Source: an uncultured Oscillospiraceae bacterium
GTDB taxonomy: Bacteria > Bacillota > Clostridia > Oscillospirales > Oscillospiraceae
DNA: 47,811 nt
NCBI GenBank assembly: GCA_964541215.1
Contig: CAZIPP010000001.1
Span: forward strand, 1,451 to 49,261
Reading direction: 5' to 3'
The position numbers and the translations under genes were made by a program. Within the stretch, counting starts at the first letter, position 1, and every line of letters starts with the position of its first letter. This document shows, in pieces, positions 25,903-34,534 of this stretch. A model generated the notes under the pieces. That model saw nothing but the letters and a program-made list of their open reading frames with translations, ran no database searches and had not been told where the DNA came from.

Positions 25903-28404
25903 TCAGTCTATTGAAATTACCTCATATCCTGCATCTATTACAGCAGCTTTCAGCACATCAACTTCACCGCCGCTGACGGTAGCAGTGCCGCTTTCAAGGT
26001 CAACTGTTACACTTACAACGCCTGCAGTCTGTTCCAGAGCCTTCTGAACTCTGCCAGTACAATGAGCGCACATCATGCCTTCAATTTTTATAACATGTTC
26101 CATGGTCTTTTTCTCCATTTCTTTTGTTTTTATCATTTGAACTTCTTCACTTCTGGGCGGTGTGAACTTTCTAAGTCTCAGCGCATTGGTAACAACACAA
26201 ACAGAACTGAGACTCATAGCAGCCGCACCGATCATAGGATTAAGCTGCAATCCAAACATCGGATAGAAAACACCCGCTGCCAGTGGTATACCAAGGCAGT
26301 TATAAAACAGCGCCCAGAACAGGTTGATCTTGATATTCTTAATTACTGCTTTACTCAGTGCGATGAGTCCGGGAACGTCCATTGGATCGTTTTTGATAAT
26401 AACAACATCAGCAGATTCGATAGCAATATCAGTGCCTGCGCCAACAGCAACGCCAACATCAGCTCTGACAAGCGCAGGAGAGTCGTTTATTCCATCGCCA
26501 ACCATCATGACCTTTTTGCCGGCAGTCTGCAGTCCGCGAACAAGCGCTTCCTTATCCTGAGGCATAACGTCTGCGACAGTACGATCAACTCCCAGCAAAG
26601 AACCAACATAATTGGCTGCTTTTTCATTGTCACCAGTAAGCAGGCAAACCTCAACATTCTGATTTTTCAACTCTGAAACAGCCAGCTTTGAGCTTGCTTT
26701 AAGCGTATCCGCAACAGCGATGATACCGAGAAGTATATTTCCATTTTCCTGCGCAAAGTAGGTAACGGTCTTACCCTCCTCGGCAAGAGCATCTCCCTTT
26801 GCGGCATGCTCGCCAAGATCAATCCCCTTCTGAGCCATAAGCTTGGCATTGCCGGCAAAGTATACCTTATCATCCACAACAGCTCTAAGACCAAGACCTC
26901 CATACGCCTTGAAATCTGAAACAAACATTCTTTCCGATTCAATGCATCTTCCCTTAGCAACAATAGCTGCAGCTATAGGATGCTCAGAGCGTTTTTCAAT
27001 TGCTGCGGCAAGAGACATGAAGTGCTTGCGATCCATCAGCGGAACAACGTCGGTGACCTGAGGTTCGCCCATAGTAACTGTACCGGTCTTGTCGAACACA
27101 ACGGTATCAATCTGGCTTGCAGTTTCCAAAGCCTCAGCAGACTTTATCAATATACCGTATTCAGCACCTTTTCCTGTCCCCACCATTATGGCAACGGGAG
27201 TAGCAAGTCCAAGGGCACAGGGACAGGAAATAACCAGAACAGCAATTGCATTGGAAAGAGCAAATTCAACGCCGTAGCCGGCAACCAGCCAAACAATAGC
27301 CGTTACCAGAGCAATGCAAATAACAACAGGCACAAAAACACCGCTGACTTTGTCGGCAAATCTCGCAATTGGAGCTTTGGAACTTCCTGCCTCTTCAACA
27401 AGGCGAATTATCTGGGAAAGCGTGGTGTCTTCACCTACGCGTTCAGCCCTGAAAGCTATTGCTCCGTTTTTATTAACGGTTGCCGCCATAACACGATCGC
27501 CAACATTTTTCTCAGCAGGGATGCTCTCGCCTGTCAGGGCGCTCTGGTCAACAAAAGTGCTGCCTTCTGTTATTATTCCGTCTACACCAATACGTTCACC
27601 GGGTTTGACAATAACAAGATCCCCAACCACGACTTCTGAAAGTGGTATCTCCACCTCAGCAGTATCACGGAAAACTCTTACGGTATTGGGAGCAAGTCCA
27701 ACAAGACGTGAGATCGCTTCGCCGGTCTTACCTTTGGAACGAGCTTCAAGATACTTACCCACTGTAATAAGAGTAAGTATCATTCCGGCTGATTCAAAAT
27801 ACAGGTTATGCGCATAATGTCCCATAGCTTCTATATCACCTATATTCATTGCCTGAATGATATAGTAGATATTTACCAGTCCGTACACAACAGCGGCACC
27901 AGAACCTATAGCTATGAGCGAATCCATATTGGGTGCTCTGCCAAAAAGTGTTCTAAAGCCAACAATAAAATATTTACGGTTTATTATCATTATGGGGATA
28001 GTCAGTATCAGCTGTGCAAGCGCAATATTCAGAGCATTTTCGGCACCGCTCAGAAATCCCGGAATAGGGTATCCAAACATATGCTGCATAGAAATATACA
28101 TAAGTGGTATCAGAACACAGAAGGAGGCAATAAGCCTCTTCTTCATTCCGGTCTGCTCTGCATCCAGAACACCTGTCTGCTTTTTATCCACAGCGCCGGG
28201 CAGTGAGGCGCCATATCCGGCCTTCTCAACAGCAGCAATAATGTTTTCATGCGTGAGCTTACTATCATCAAACTCAACAACCATGGTACCGCTGAGAAGG
28301 TTTACATTGACATCGTTAGCGCCTGCTAACCCACGGACAGCTTTTTCAACATGGGCAGAACAAGCAGAACAGGTCATGCCGGTAACGTTGTACTTTTGTT
28401 TCAT
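25903..28404 (-). CDS. copA: Copper-translocating P1B-type ATPase with N- and C-terminal HMA domains
   Basis: N-terminal HMA (GMTCSACSAHVEKAV), the CPC motif (VISCPCALGLATP), DKTGT (VVFDKTGTVT), GDGINDSPAL, and a second HMA at the C-terminus (GMMCAHCTGRVQKALE). Confidence 0.95.
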   Translation of the reverse strand: MKQKYNVTGMTCSACSAHVEKAVRGLAGANDVNVNLLSGTMVVEFDDSKLTHENIIAAVEKAGYGASLPGAVDKKQTGVLDAEQTGMKKRLIASFCVLIPLMYISMQHMFGYPIPGFLSGAENALNIALAQLILTIPIMIINRKYFIVGFRTLFGRAPNMDSLIAIGSGAAVVYGLVNIYYIIQAMNIGDIEAMGHYAHNLYFESAGMILTLITVGKYLEARSKGKTGEAISRLVGLAPNTVRVFRDTAEVEIPLSEVVVGDLVIVKPGERIGVDGIITEGSTFVDQSALTGESIPAEKNVGDRVMAATVNKNGAIAFRAERVGEDTTLSQIIRLVEEAGSSKAPIARFADKVSGVFVPVVICIALVTAIVWLVAGYGVEFALSNAIAVLVISCPCALGLATPVAIMVGTGKGAEYGILIKSAEALETASQIDTVVFDKTGTVTMGEPQVTDVVPLMDRKHFMSLAAAIEKRSEHPIAAAIVAKGRCIESERMFVSDFKAYGGLGLRAVVDDKVYFAGNAKLMAQKGIDLGEHAAKGDALAEEGKTVTYFAQENGNILLGIIAVADTLKASSKLAVSELKNQNVEVCLLTGDNEKAANYVGSLLGVDRTVADVMPQDKEALVRGLQTAGKKVMMVGDGINDSPALVRADVGVAVGAGTDIAIESADVVIIKNDPMDVPGLIALSKAVIKNIKINLFWALFYNCLGIPLAAGVFYPMFGLQLNPMIGAAAMSLSSVCVVTNALRLRKFTPPRSEEVQMIKTKEMEKKTMEHVIKIEGMMCAHCTGRVQKALEQTAGVVSVTVDLESGTATVSGGEVDVLKAAVIDAGYEVISID

Positions 28405-28433
28405 TTTGTCACCCTTCCAAAAACACTAACTAG

Positions 28434-28462
28434 ATTATATCCAATTTCAACAAATGTTTCAA
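28434..28462 (-). promoter_or_regulatory. Putative copA promoter (TTGAAA-17-TATAAT)
   Basis: On the minus strand, TTGAAA is at 28462..28457 and TATAAT at 28439..28434. The RBS GGAAGGGTGA lies before ATG 28404. Confidence 0.5.
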
Positions 28463-28530
28463 GTGGTGATTGCTTTAGTCTGAAAAATGTAATAGAATTG
28501 AAGCACCATTGAAAAGAAAGGAAGTATATT

Positions 28531-28914
28531 ATGTCTGATATCAGCGGAATCTATCCCGTATTTGAGCACACCGGCATGGCTGAACGTGAAACTACCTTTG
28601 AGTTCAAAATGGTAGACGGCGCACTAAGCGGTACAGCCACCATCGATGCCGCCCCCGGCGTTATTGAAACGCTTCCCTTTGTTGAAGCCAAAGCTGATGG
28701 CTCCAATTTTGAAGTCCTTATCGAATACGGCAACCTCGGTCGTCGCTATACAGGTCAGATCGTAGACGGCAAAGCCCAAGGTACGATGGTATTTGAAGGC
28801 GGCATGGAAGGTGTTGTAATAGAATTTGACACCGAAAAACGTCCTGTCGCTGAAGGCGGTCCCGGTGGTCCTGGCGGTCCCGGTGGTCCCGGCGGTCCTC
28901 CTCCGGCTAACTGA
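28531..28914 (+). CDS. Hypothetical protein (127 aa) with a C-terminal (GGP)n tail
   Basis: RBS AAAGGAAG lies 8 nt upstream and a terminator follows directly. No family recognised. The C-terminus is GGPGGPGGPGGPGGPPPAN. Confidence 0.65.
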   Translation: MSDISGIYPVFEHTGMAERETTFEFKMVDGALSGTATIDAAPGVIETLPFVEAKADGSNFEVLIEYGNLGRRYTGQIVDGKAQGTMVFEGGMEGVVIEFDTEKRPVAEGGPGGPGGPGGPGGPPPAN

Positions 28915-28920
28915 TTTACA

Positions 28921-28953
28921 AAGGTTCGGGTTAATATTCCCGAACCTTTTTCT
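28921..28953 (+). terminator. Intrinsic terminator
   Basis: aaggttcggg (28921..28930) pairs with cccgaacctt (28939..28948), followed by TTTTCT. Confidence 0.8.
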
Positions 28954-28958
28954 ATACG

Positions 28959-28987
28959 TTGAAAACAGCGACAAAAAATGATAGTAT
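28959..28987 (+). promoter_or_regulatory. Putative promoter of the lipoprotein gene (TTGAAA-17-TAGTAT with TG extended -10)
   Basis: Hexamers at 28959..28964 and 28982..28987. TG is at -15/-14. The RBS AGGAG lies 8 nt before ATG 29018. Confidence 0.5.
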
Positions 28988-29017
28988 GTTTGCAAATACA
29001 TTTACAGGAGCATTTTT

Positions 29018-29590
29018 ATGAAAAAATTCGTGCTCTTTCTTACTTTTTTAGTTTTGTCATTTTCACTTTGCTCATGTAACGATAACACCACCGAAGTTTC
29101 TGCGCTCAAAGCAGATGTACTGGCTCTGCTAGAAGATGTATCTGAACTCAAAGCCCAAAATGAAGAGTTAAAAGCTACAATTCAATCAATGAACGAACAG
29201 ATCCAGAGCCTATCTCAGCTGGTTTCACTTTCAATTGAATCTTCCCAGAATACATCCTATGACACAACTGATGTTGTTCCGGCGGCAAATGCTCCCAATA
29301 ACGAACCGGTCAATGAGGACAGTAACGATTTCGAGGCTTTGGAGTCTTCCCCGCCCTCTTTTGCGCCTGTTCAATCAGATTCTCCATCCACCTCTACTGA
29401 GCCGGAAACATCCACTTCACAAAACACTGTTGAAACCTATTCAGAAGACACAATGACAGTTTTTATCACTGCCAGCGGTTCAAGATATCACTATAGTTCC
29501 AACTGCGGCAGCGGAACTTACTTTGAATCCACCTTGGAAGATGCCATGGCAAAAGGACTTACTGCCTGTAAAAAATGCGCAGGCGGATAA
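29018..29590 (+). CDS. Lipoprotein with a coiled-coil segment, a Ser/Pro/Thr linker and a C-terminal His/Cys (YH-x4-C ... C-x2-C) motif
   Basis: Signal peptide with lipobox (MKKFVLFLTFLVLSFSLCSC). Heptad-like region LKADVLALLEDVSELKAQNEELKATIQSMNEQIQSL. C-terminus GSRYHYSSNCGSG..GLTACKKCAGG. Confidence 0.8.
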   Translation: MKKFVLFLTFLVLSFSLCSCNDNTTEVSALKADVLALLEDVSELKAQNEELKATIQSMNEQIQSLSQLVSLSIESSQNTSYDTTDVVPAANAPNNEPVNEDSNDFEALESSPPSFAPVQSDSPSTSTEPETSTSQNTVETYSEDTMTVFITASGSRYHYSSNCGSGTYFESTLEDAMAKGLTACKKCAGG

Positions 29591-29596
29591 TGAAAA

Positions 29597-29634
29597 AAGA
29601 TACTGCTGCAAAATCTGCAGCAGTATCTTTTTTC
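29597..29634. terminator. Bidirectional intrinsic terminator (lipoprotein gene on +, rnpB on -)
   Basis: A 14-bp stem, aagatactgctgca (29597..29610) pairing with tgcagcagtatctt (29616..29629), flanked by an A6 run and a T-run. Confidence 0.85.
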
Positions 29635-29636
29635 AA

Positions 29637-29976
29637 GACCGGGACTGTAAGCCGGGTTCTGTTATAGACAGCCATCTATCTAGGCGTATTGTTGCCAATA
29701 CGCTCAAGCCACCAAAGGGACGGCCGGGTCAGCCAATGTCCCATTACGGTGTTGCTCCGGATAGAGTTTACAGGACTGCGCGCTTTCACACGGCAGTCGG
29801 TGAGCTCTTACCTCGCCTTTCCACCCTTACCTTCCAGTCGGAAGGCGGTATATCTCTGTTGCACTTTTCCTGAAGTCGCCTCCGGCGGGCGTTACCCGCT
29901 ATCCTTACCCTATGGAGCCCGGACTTTCCTCACCAACGACCTTTCGGTACTGTCGGCGCGGCTGTCCATCCCGGTT
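29637..29976 (-). ncRNA. rnpB: RNase P RNA, bacterial type A
   Basis: The minus strand contains GAGGAAAGUCCGGGCUCCAUAGGG (P4 5' strand), AAGGGUGGAAAGGCGAGGUAAGAGCUCACCG, and ACAGAACCCGGCUUA (P4 3' strand). P1 pairs ACCGGGAU with GUCCCGGU. Ends are approximate, within about 3 nt. Confidence 0.9.
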
Positions 29977-29981
29977 TTGTA

Positions 29982-30010
29982 ATTGTATCTCATTTATCCT
30001 TCATTGTCAA
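29982..30010 (-). promoter_or_regulatory. rnpB promoter (TTGACA-17-TACAAT)
   Basis: On the minus strand, TTGACA is at 30010..30005 and TACAAT at 29987..29982. The predicted start is 6-8 nt downstream, at the 5' strand of P1. Confidence 0.65.
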
Positions 30011-30015
30011 TTTTA

Positions 30016-30044
30016 TTGAAAAATCCATAGAATAAGGATATAAT
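30016..30044 (+). promoter_or_regulatory. murD promoter (TTGAAA-17-TATAAT)
   Basis: Hexamers at 30016..30021 and 30039..30044, back-to-back with the rnpB promoter. Confidence 0.6.
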
Positions 30045-30084
30045 GATTGTGTAGCAAAAAATGTTAAATGCGCTGGAGGTTTTT

Positions 30085-31464
30085 ATGACATTAAAGCAAT
30101 ACGCCCAGTCACTGAAAGGGAAACGCTTGGCTATCGTCGGGATCGGCGTAAGTAATACACCTCTGATAAAAATACTGCTTGGATATGGGGTTTCTGTTCT
30201 GGCATGTGATAAGAAAGACCGGGACGCTTTGGAAGGACTTGCAGAAGAACTGGAAGCTCTGGGCGCCACTCTTCGTCTTGGCGAAAGCTATCTCGACGAT
30301 TTGGATGCCGACATTATCTTTCGTACTCCCGGTATGCATCCTGATAATCCCGCTTTGGTAAAGGCACGTCAAAACGGTTCTGAGATCACTTCAGAGATGG
30401 AGGTCTTTTTCCGTCTTTGTCCCTGTAAAATAATTGCCGTAACCGGCAGCGACGGCAAAACCACCACGACCACTCTCATTTCAGAGATACTGAAAAATGC
30501 AGGTCACAAGGTTTACGTGGGAGGAAACATAGGAAATCCCCTTCTTCCTATTGTGGATGAAATGACTGAAAGTGACATTGCTGTTTTGGAGCTTTCCAGC
30601 TTCCAGCTGATGACAATGTCCCAAAGCCCTGACGTTTCAGTCATAACCAATCTTGCACCTAACCATCTGGATATGCATTCCTCAATGGATGAATATGTTC
30701 AGGCAAAGGAGAACATATATCTGCACCAATCCTCTGATGGACGTCTGATACTAAATTTGGACAACGATATAACCAGCAGTTTTGCGACAAAAGCCAATGG
30801 TGCTGTTGAGTATTTCTCCCGCAAACAAATGCCTGAAAACGGAGCATTTTTTGATGGCACAACACTATACAGGGTGGAAAACGGGAAGATGACAAAAGTT
30901 GTTGATTCTGCCGATATAAAAATCCCCGGACTGCACAACGTAGAAAACTATCTGGCTGCTATCTGCGCAACGTTTGACTTGGTACAGCCCGAGCATATTG
31001 CAGAGGTCGCAAAAGAGTTCGGCGGTGTGGAAGGCAGGCTGGAGCTGTGCAGGATCAAAGACGGCGTAAGATTCTTCAATGATTCTATGGCTTCAAGTCC
31101 TTCGCGAACTATAGCCGATCTCCGGTCATTTAACGAAAAAGTCATACTCATAGCAGGCGGATACGATAAGAATATTCCTTATGATGATCTGGGACCTGTT
31201 ATTCTCGAGCATGTAAAAAAGCTGGTACTTACGGGCGCAACGGCTGAAAAGATACGCATTGCCGTAGAATCCGCCCCCGGATTTGACAGTACCGCACCGG
31301 AGATAATCATGGAACCGGATTTCACACTGGCTGTTCAGAAAGCCGCATCACTGGCACATCCATCAGATACTGTGATACTCTCCCCTGCCTCAGCTTCATT
31401 CGACAGGTTTAAAAACTTTGTTGAACGCGGAAGATTTTTCAAAAAAATAGTTAACGAGCTTTAA
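30085..31464 (+). CDS. murD: UDP-N-acetylmuramoyl-L-alanine--D-glutamate ligase (MurD)
   Basis: LAIVGIGVSN Rossmann motif and the Mur ligase P-loop VTGSDGKTTTTTLI. I prefer ATG 30085 because GGAGG lies 5 nt upstream. The tracked start is 30061. Confidence 0.93.
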   Translation: MTLKQYAQSLKGKRLAIVGIGVSNTPLIKILLGYGVSVLACDKKDRDALEGLAEELEALGATLRLGESYLDDLDADIIFRTPGMHPDNPALVKARQNGSEITSEMEVFFRLCPCKIIAVTGSDGKTTTTTLISEILKNAGHKVYVGGNIGNPLLPIVDEMTESDIAVLELSSFQLMTMSQSPDVSVITNLAPNHLDMHSSMDEYVQAKENIYLHQSSDGRLILNLDNDITSSFATKANGAVEYFSRKQMPENGAFFDGTTLYRVENGKMTKVVDSADIKIPGLHNVENYLAAICATFDLVQPEHIAEVAKEFGGVEGRLELCRIKDGVRFFNDSMASSPSRTIADLRSFNEKVILIAGGYDKNIPYDDLGPVILEHVKKLVLTGATAEKIRIAVESAPGFDSTAPEIIMEPDFTLAVQKAASLAHPSDTVILSPASASFDRFKNFVERGRFFKKIVNEL

Positions 31465-31475
31465 GGAGTGATAGC

Positions 31476-32504
31476 TTGGATATCATAAATGTACTGAAAG
31501 AGTTTTCATCTCTCAACGGTCCTTCCGGCATGGAAAACGCGGCAGCACAAAAGGCATGCGAACTGCTGAAGCAGTATACCGATGACGTGAAAACAGACAA
31601 ACTGGGCAACGTTATTGCCTGCATCAAATGCGGTAAAGATAATGCAAAAAAGGTTTTGCTTGACGCCCATCTTGATGAGATAGGAATGGTCGTGACCGGA
31701 CAGCAGGACGGATTTCTGCGTTTTGCCTGTGTTGGCGGTATCGACCCCAGAATGCTTCCCTCAAGAGAAGTCGCTATTCTGGCTGATAATCCAATAAGGG
31801 GCGTTGTGACTTGTCTGCCACCACATGTACAGACTGCGGCTCAAATGTCTCAATCCGTCCCTGTAGACAAAATGTTTATTGACGCAGGGCTTTCCGAGCA
31901 GCAGGCAAAAGAACTGATCCCCATTGGAACCAATATAGTGTTTGATGATTCTTTCTGCGAACTTGCAAACAGCATCGTCAGCGGCAAAGCCATGGATGAT
32001 CGTGCGTGCTTCACTGCCATCATTCTAACATTGGAGCATCTCAAAAACGAAAAACTCGATTTCGACCTTTATATCATGGGCAGCACTCAGGAAGAGGTTG
32101 GGACAAGGGGCGCAGCTGCTGGTGTTTTTTCCATAGCACCTGACTACGCTGTTGCGGTAGATGTAACTCATGCTCATACCCCCGATGCCGACAGTGAGAA
32201 GACCCTCAAATTCAAAGGAGGTCCTGCAGTCGGCTATGGTCCCAGCATGAACAGAAAAATGTCCAAAGCCTTCACTGATATTGCCAAAGAAAAGGATATC
32301 CCAAACCAGATAGAAGTAATGGAAGGTCATACCGGAACAAATGGCTGGCCCATATATGTCAGCCGTGAAGGTGTTCCCACTTCGGTTCTTTCAATTCCAA
32401 TAAAGTATATGCACAGTCCATGTGAAACCATGGCTATTTCCGATCTTGAAAACACCGCCTCTCTTCTGGCGGAATTCCTCAAAAATCCCGGGAGGTGGAT
32501 GTAA
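31476..32504 (+). CDS. M42 family metallo-aminopeptidase (TET/FrvX/YsdC-like), paralogue 1
   Basis: TTG start 7 nt after AAGGAG. Motifs AHLDEIGMVVT, MDDRACF, QEEVGTRGA, YMHSPCE. Confidence 0.9.
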   Translation: MDIINVLKEFSSLNGPSGMENAAAQKACELLKQYTDDVKTDKLGNVIACIKCGKDNAKKVLLDAHLDEIGMVVTGQQDGFLRFACVGGIDPRMLPSREVAILADNPIRGVVTCLPPHVQTAAQMSQSVPVDKMFIDAGLSEQQAKELIPIGTNIVFDDSFCELANSIVSGKAMDDRACFTAIILTLEHLKNEKLDFDLYIMGSTQEEVGTRGAAAGVFSIAPDYAVAVDVTHAHTPDADSEKTLKFKGGPAVGYGPSMNRKMSKAFTDIAKEKDIPNQIEVMEGHTGTNGWPIYVSREGVPTSVLSIPIKYMHSPCETMAISDLENTASLLAEFLKNPGRWM

Positions 32505-32505
32505 A

Positions 32506-33531
32506 GTGATTCAGCTTGTCAAAGAACTCTGTCAGCTGTTTGGTCCCTCGGGCTGCGAGGATGAAGTCAGGCAATACATTCAGGAAAAAGTGAGTAAATA
32601 CGCCGACTCCATTCGTACTGACGCAAACGGAAATTTAATAGTTTTCAAAAAAGGTGCAAAGGTTCCATGTAAAGCGGTTTTACTTGCCGCGCACATGGAT
32701 GAGGTTGGTTTGATCATCCGGGGTATAACAGATAGCGGATACCTTAAATTCAGTTTTGTAGGCGGCGTGGACAGCCGCGTTGTTGTTGGGCGCAAGGTCG
32801 TTGTTGGCGACAAGCGTATTCCCGGCGTTATAGGTGTAAAGGCATTCCACCTCGTTGAAAGCGGTGAAGAAAAAAAGGCCATCCCGGCCAGCAAGCTTTA
32901 TATCGATATTGGAGCGGCAAACAGAGAAGAAGCCGAAAGTCTCGTCTCTCTCGGTGATTACGGCTGTTTTTGCAGCAAACCCTTTATGATGGGCAGCGAT
33001 ATGTTCAAAGCAAAAGCCATTGACGACCGTGTTGGCTGTGCTGTGCTTATCAAGCTTATCGAAAAGCCTCTCCCCTTCGACACCTACTTTGCTTTTACTG
33101 TTCAAGAAGAGATAGGTACACGCGGAGCATTGGGAGCTGCCTTCAGCGTTCGACCTGATATTGCTATTATTGCCGAAGGTACAACTGCGGCTGATTTACC
33201 TTCTATGCCTGATAATAAGAAAGTCTGCGCTCCCGGAAAGGGTGTTGTGATCCCCTTTATGGATGGCGGTACGGTTTATGACCGGGAATTGTTTGAGCTT
33301 CTTTGTGAGACTGCGGAAGAAAACAATATTCAATGGCAGACAAAACAGTACATTTCCGGCGGTACCGATGCTTCCGCCATACAGCGCACTGCTTCAGGCT
33401 GTAAGGTCTGCGGTATTGCTGCCGCACTTCGCTATATTCACTCTCCTTCCTGTGTCGGTTCTGTGACTGATATGGAAAATATGCCTGTGCTGCTTGAAAA
33501 ATTCCTCGAGAAACTTGGAGGTATATTATGA
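32506..33531 (+). CDS. M42 family metallo-aminopeptidase, paralogue 2
   Basis: GTG 32506 follows GGAGGTGG, and the previous gene stops at 32504. Motifs AHMDEVGLIIRG, IDDRVGC, QEEIGTRGA, YIHSPSC. Confidence 0.9.
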   Translation: MIQLVKELCQLFGPSGCEDEVRQYIQEKVSKYADSIRTDANGNLIVFKKGAKVPCKAVLLAAHMDEVGLIIRGITDSGYLKFSFVGGVDSRVVVGRKVVVGDKRIPGVIGVKAFHLVESGEEKKAIPASKLYIDIGAANREEAESLVSLGDYGCFCSKPFMMGSDMFKAKAIDDRVGCAVLIKLIEKPLPFDTYFAFTVQEEIGTRGALGAAFSVRPDIAIIAEGTTAADLPSMPDNKKVCAPGKGVVIPFMDGGTVYDRELFELLCETAEENNIQWQTKQYISGGTDASAIQRTASGCKVCGIAAALRYIHSPSCVGSVTDMENMPVLLEKFLEKLGGIL

Positions 33532-34523
33532 TCGATTTTAATATGGTTCGCGCCCTAACTTCTACCCATTCTCCATCAGGAAATGAAAAGCAGATCGCTG
33601 CACTCATTTCCGAATACTGCGCTCCCTACGCAGATGAGATAACCACAGATGCTATGGGAAACCTTTTTGTCCATAAAAAAGGCAACGGCAAAAAAATCAT
33701 GATGTCCGCGCACATGGACTCCCTCGGTCTTGTTGTTACCTATATCGACAAAGACGGATATGTGCGTCTTTACGACCTTGGTGGTATCCGACTCGTTACC
33801 CTGCCAGGTACCAGAGTTCGCTTTGAAAATGGCGCTGTTGGCGCTGTATTTCTTGACGGGAGTACAAAAGCTTCCGAAGCAAAAATAACAGATATGTATA
33901 TCGATATTGGTGCGTCTTCCAGGGAAGAAGCCGAGGGCATCGTGTCAATTGGAGATACTGCCGTATATGATACTGTCTGTGAGCATGCAGGTTCACTTAT
34001 CGTATCCCCCTATCTTGATAACCGCATCGGCTGTTATGTACTCATTCAGGCGTTGATGAATCTGAAGAATTCTGAAAACGACTGTTGGTTTGTCTTTTCT
34101 ACTCAGGAAGAGATTGGCATCCGCGGCGCAAAAACAGCCGCCTACACTGTTGATCCTGACATCGCCATTGCCGTCGATGTTGCCGGCGTTTACGACACTC
34201 CCGGCTGCGAAACCAAGGCTGACACCGCCATCGGTAAAGGTCCGATCATCAAATTGATGGACAGATCTGTTCTGTGTCACAGCGATGTTATTGCCGCGAT
34301 GAAAGACTGTGCAGAGTCTCTCGACATAGAGTATCAACTTGATGCCCAGCTGGCAGGCGGAACAGACGCAGGCGCAATACACATCACCCGAGGCGGCGTT
34401 CCCACCGGGATCCTCAGCATCCCAACACGTTACATCCATACTCCTTCTGAGATGGTCAACGAAAAAGACGTTGATGGCTGCGTCAGGATTTTGACAGCCA
34501 TGCTGGAAAAGAAATACAACTAA
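33528..34523 (+). CDS. M42 family metallo-aminopeptidase, paralogue 3
   Basis: ATGA overlap with paralogue 2, GGAGG upstream. Motifs AHMDSLGLVVT, LDNRIGC, QEEIGIRGA, YIHTPSE. Confidence 0.9.
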   Translation: MIDFNMVRALTSTHSPSGNEKQIAALISEYCAPYADEITTDAMGNLFVHKKGNGKKIMMSAHMDSLGLVVTYIDKDGYVRLYDLGGIRLVTLPGTRVRFENGAVGAVFLDGSTKASEAKITDMYIDIGASSREEAEGIVSIGDTAVYDTVCEHAGSLIVSPYLDNRIGCYVLIQALMNLKNSENDCWFVFSTQEEIGIRGAKTAAYTVDPDIAIAVDVAGVYDTPGCETKADTAIGKGPIIKLMDRSVLCHSDVIAAMKDCAESLDIEYQLDAQLAGGTDAGAIHITRGGVPTGILSIPTRYIHTPSEMVNEKDVDGCVRILTAMLEKKYN

Positions 34524-34534
34524 GGATAAAAATA

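Noticed and set aside
28405-28530. CopY box or CsoR operator in the copA promoter region
   Set aside because: No TACAnnTGTA and no GC-rich pseudo-palindrome are present. Only sigma-A-like hexamers were found.
28858-28900. Short tandem repeats (9-nt GGP units here; AC-rich repeats at 5270..5410) as possible CRISPR or VNTR loci
   Set aside because: There are no spacer-repeat alternations. Both lie in open reading frames and translate to low-complexity peptide repeats.
29523-29982. Two + strand ORFs (116 and 97 aa) across 29523..29982
   Set aside because: This region is the RNase P RNA gene on the minus strand (GAGGAAAGUCCGGGC and ACAGAACCCGGCUUA are present). The ORFs are fortuitous.
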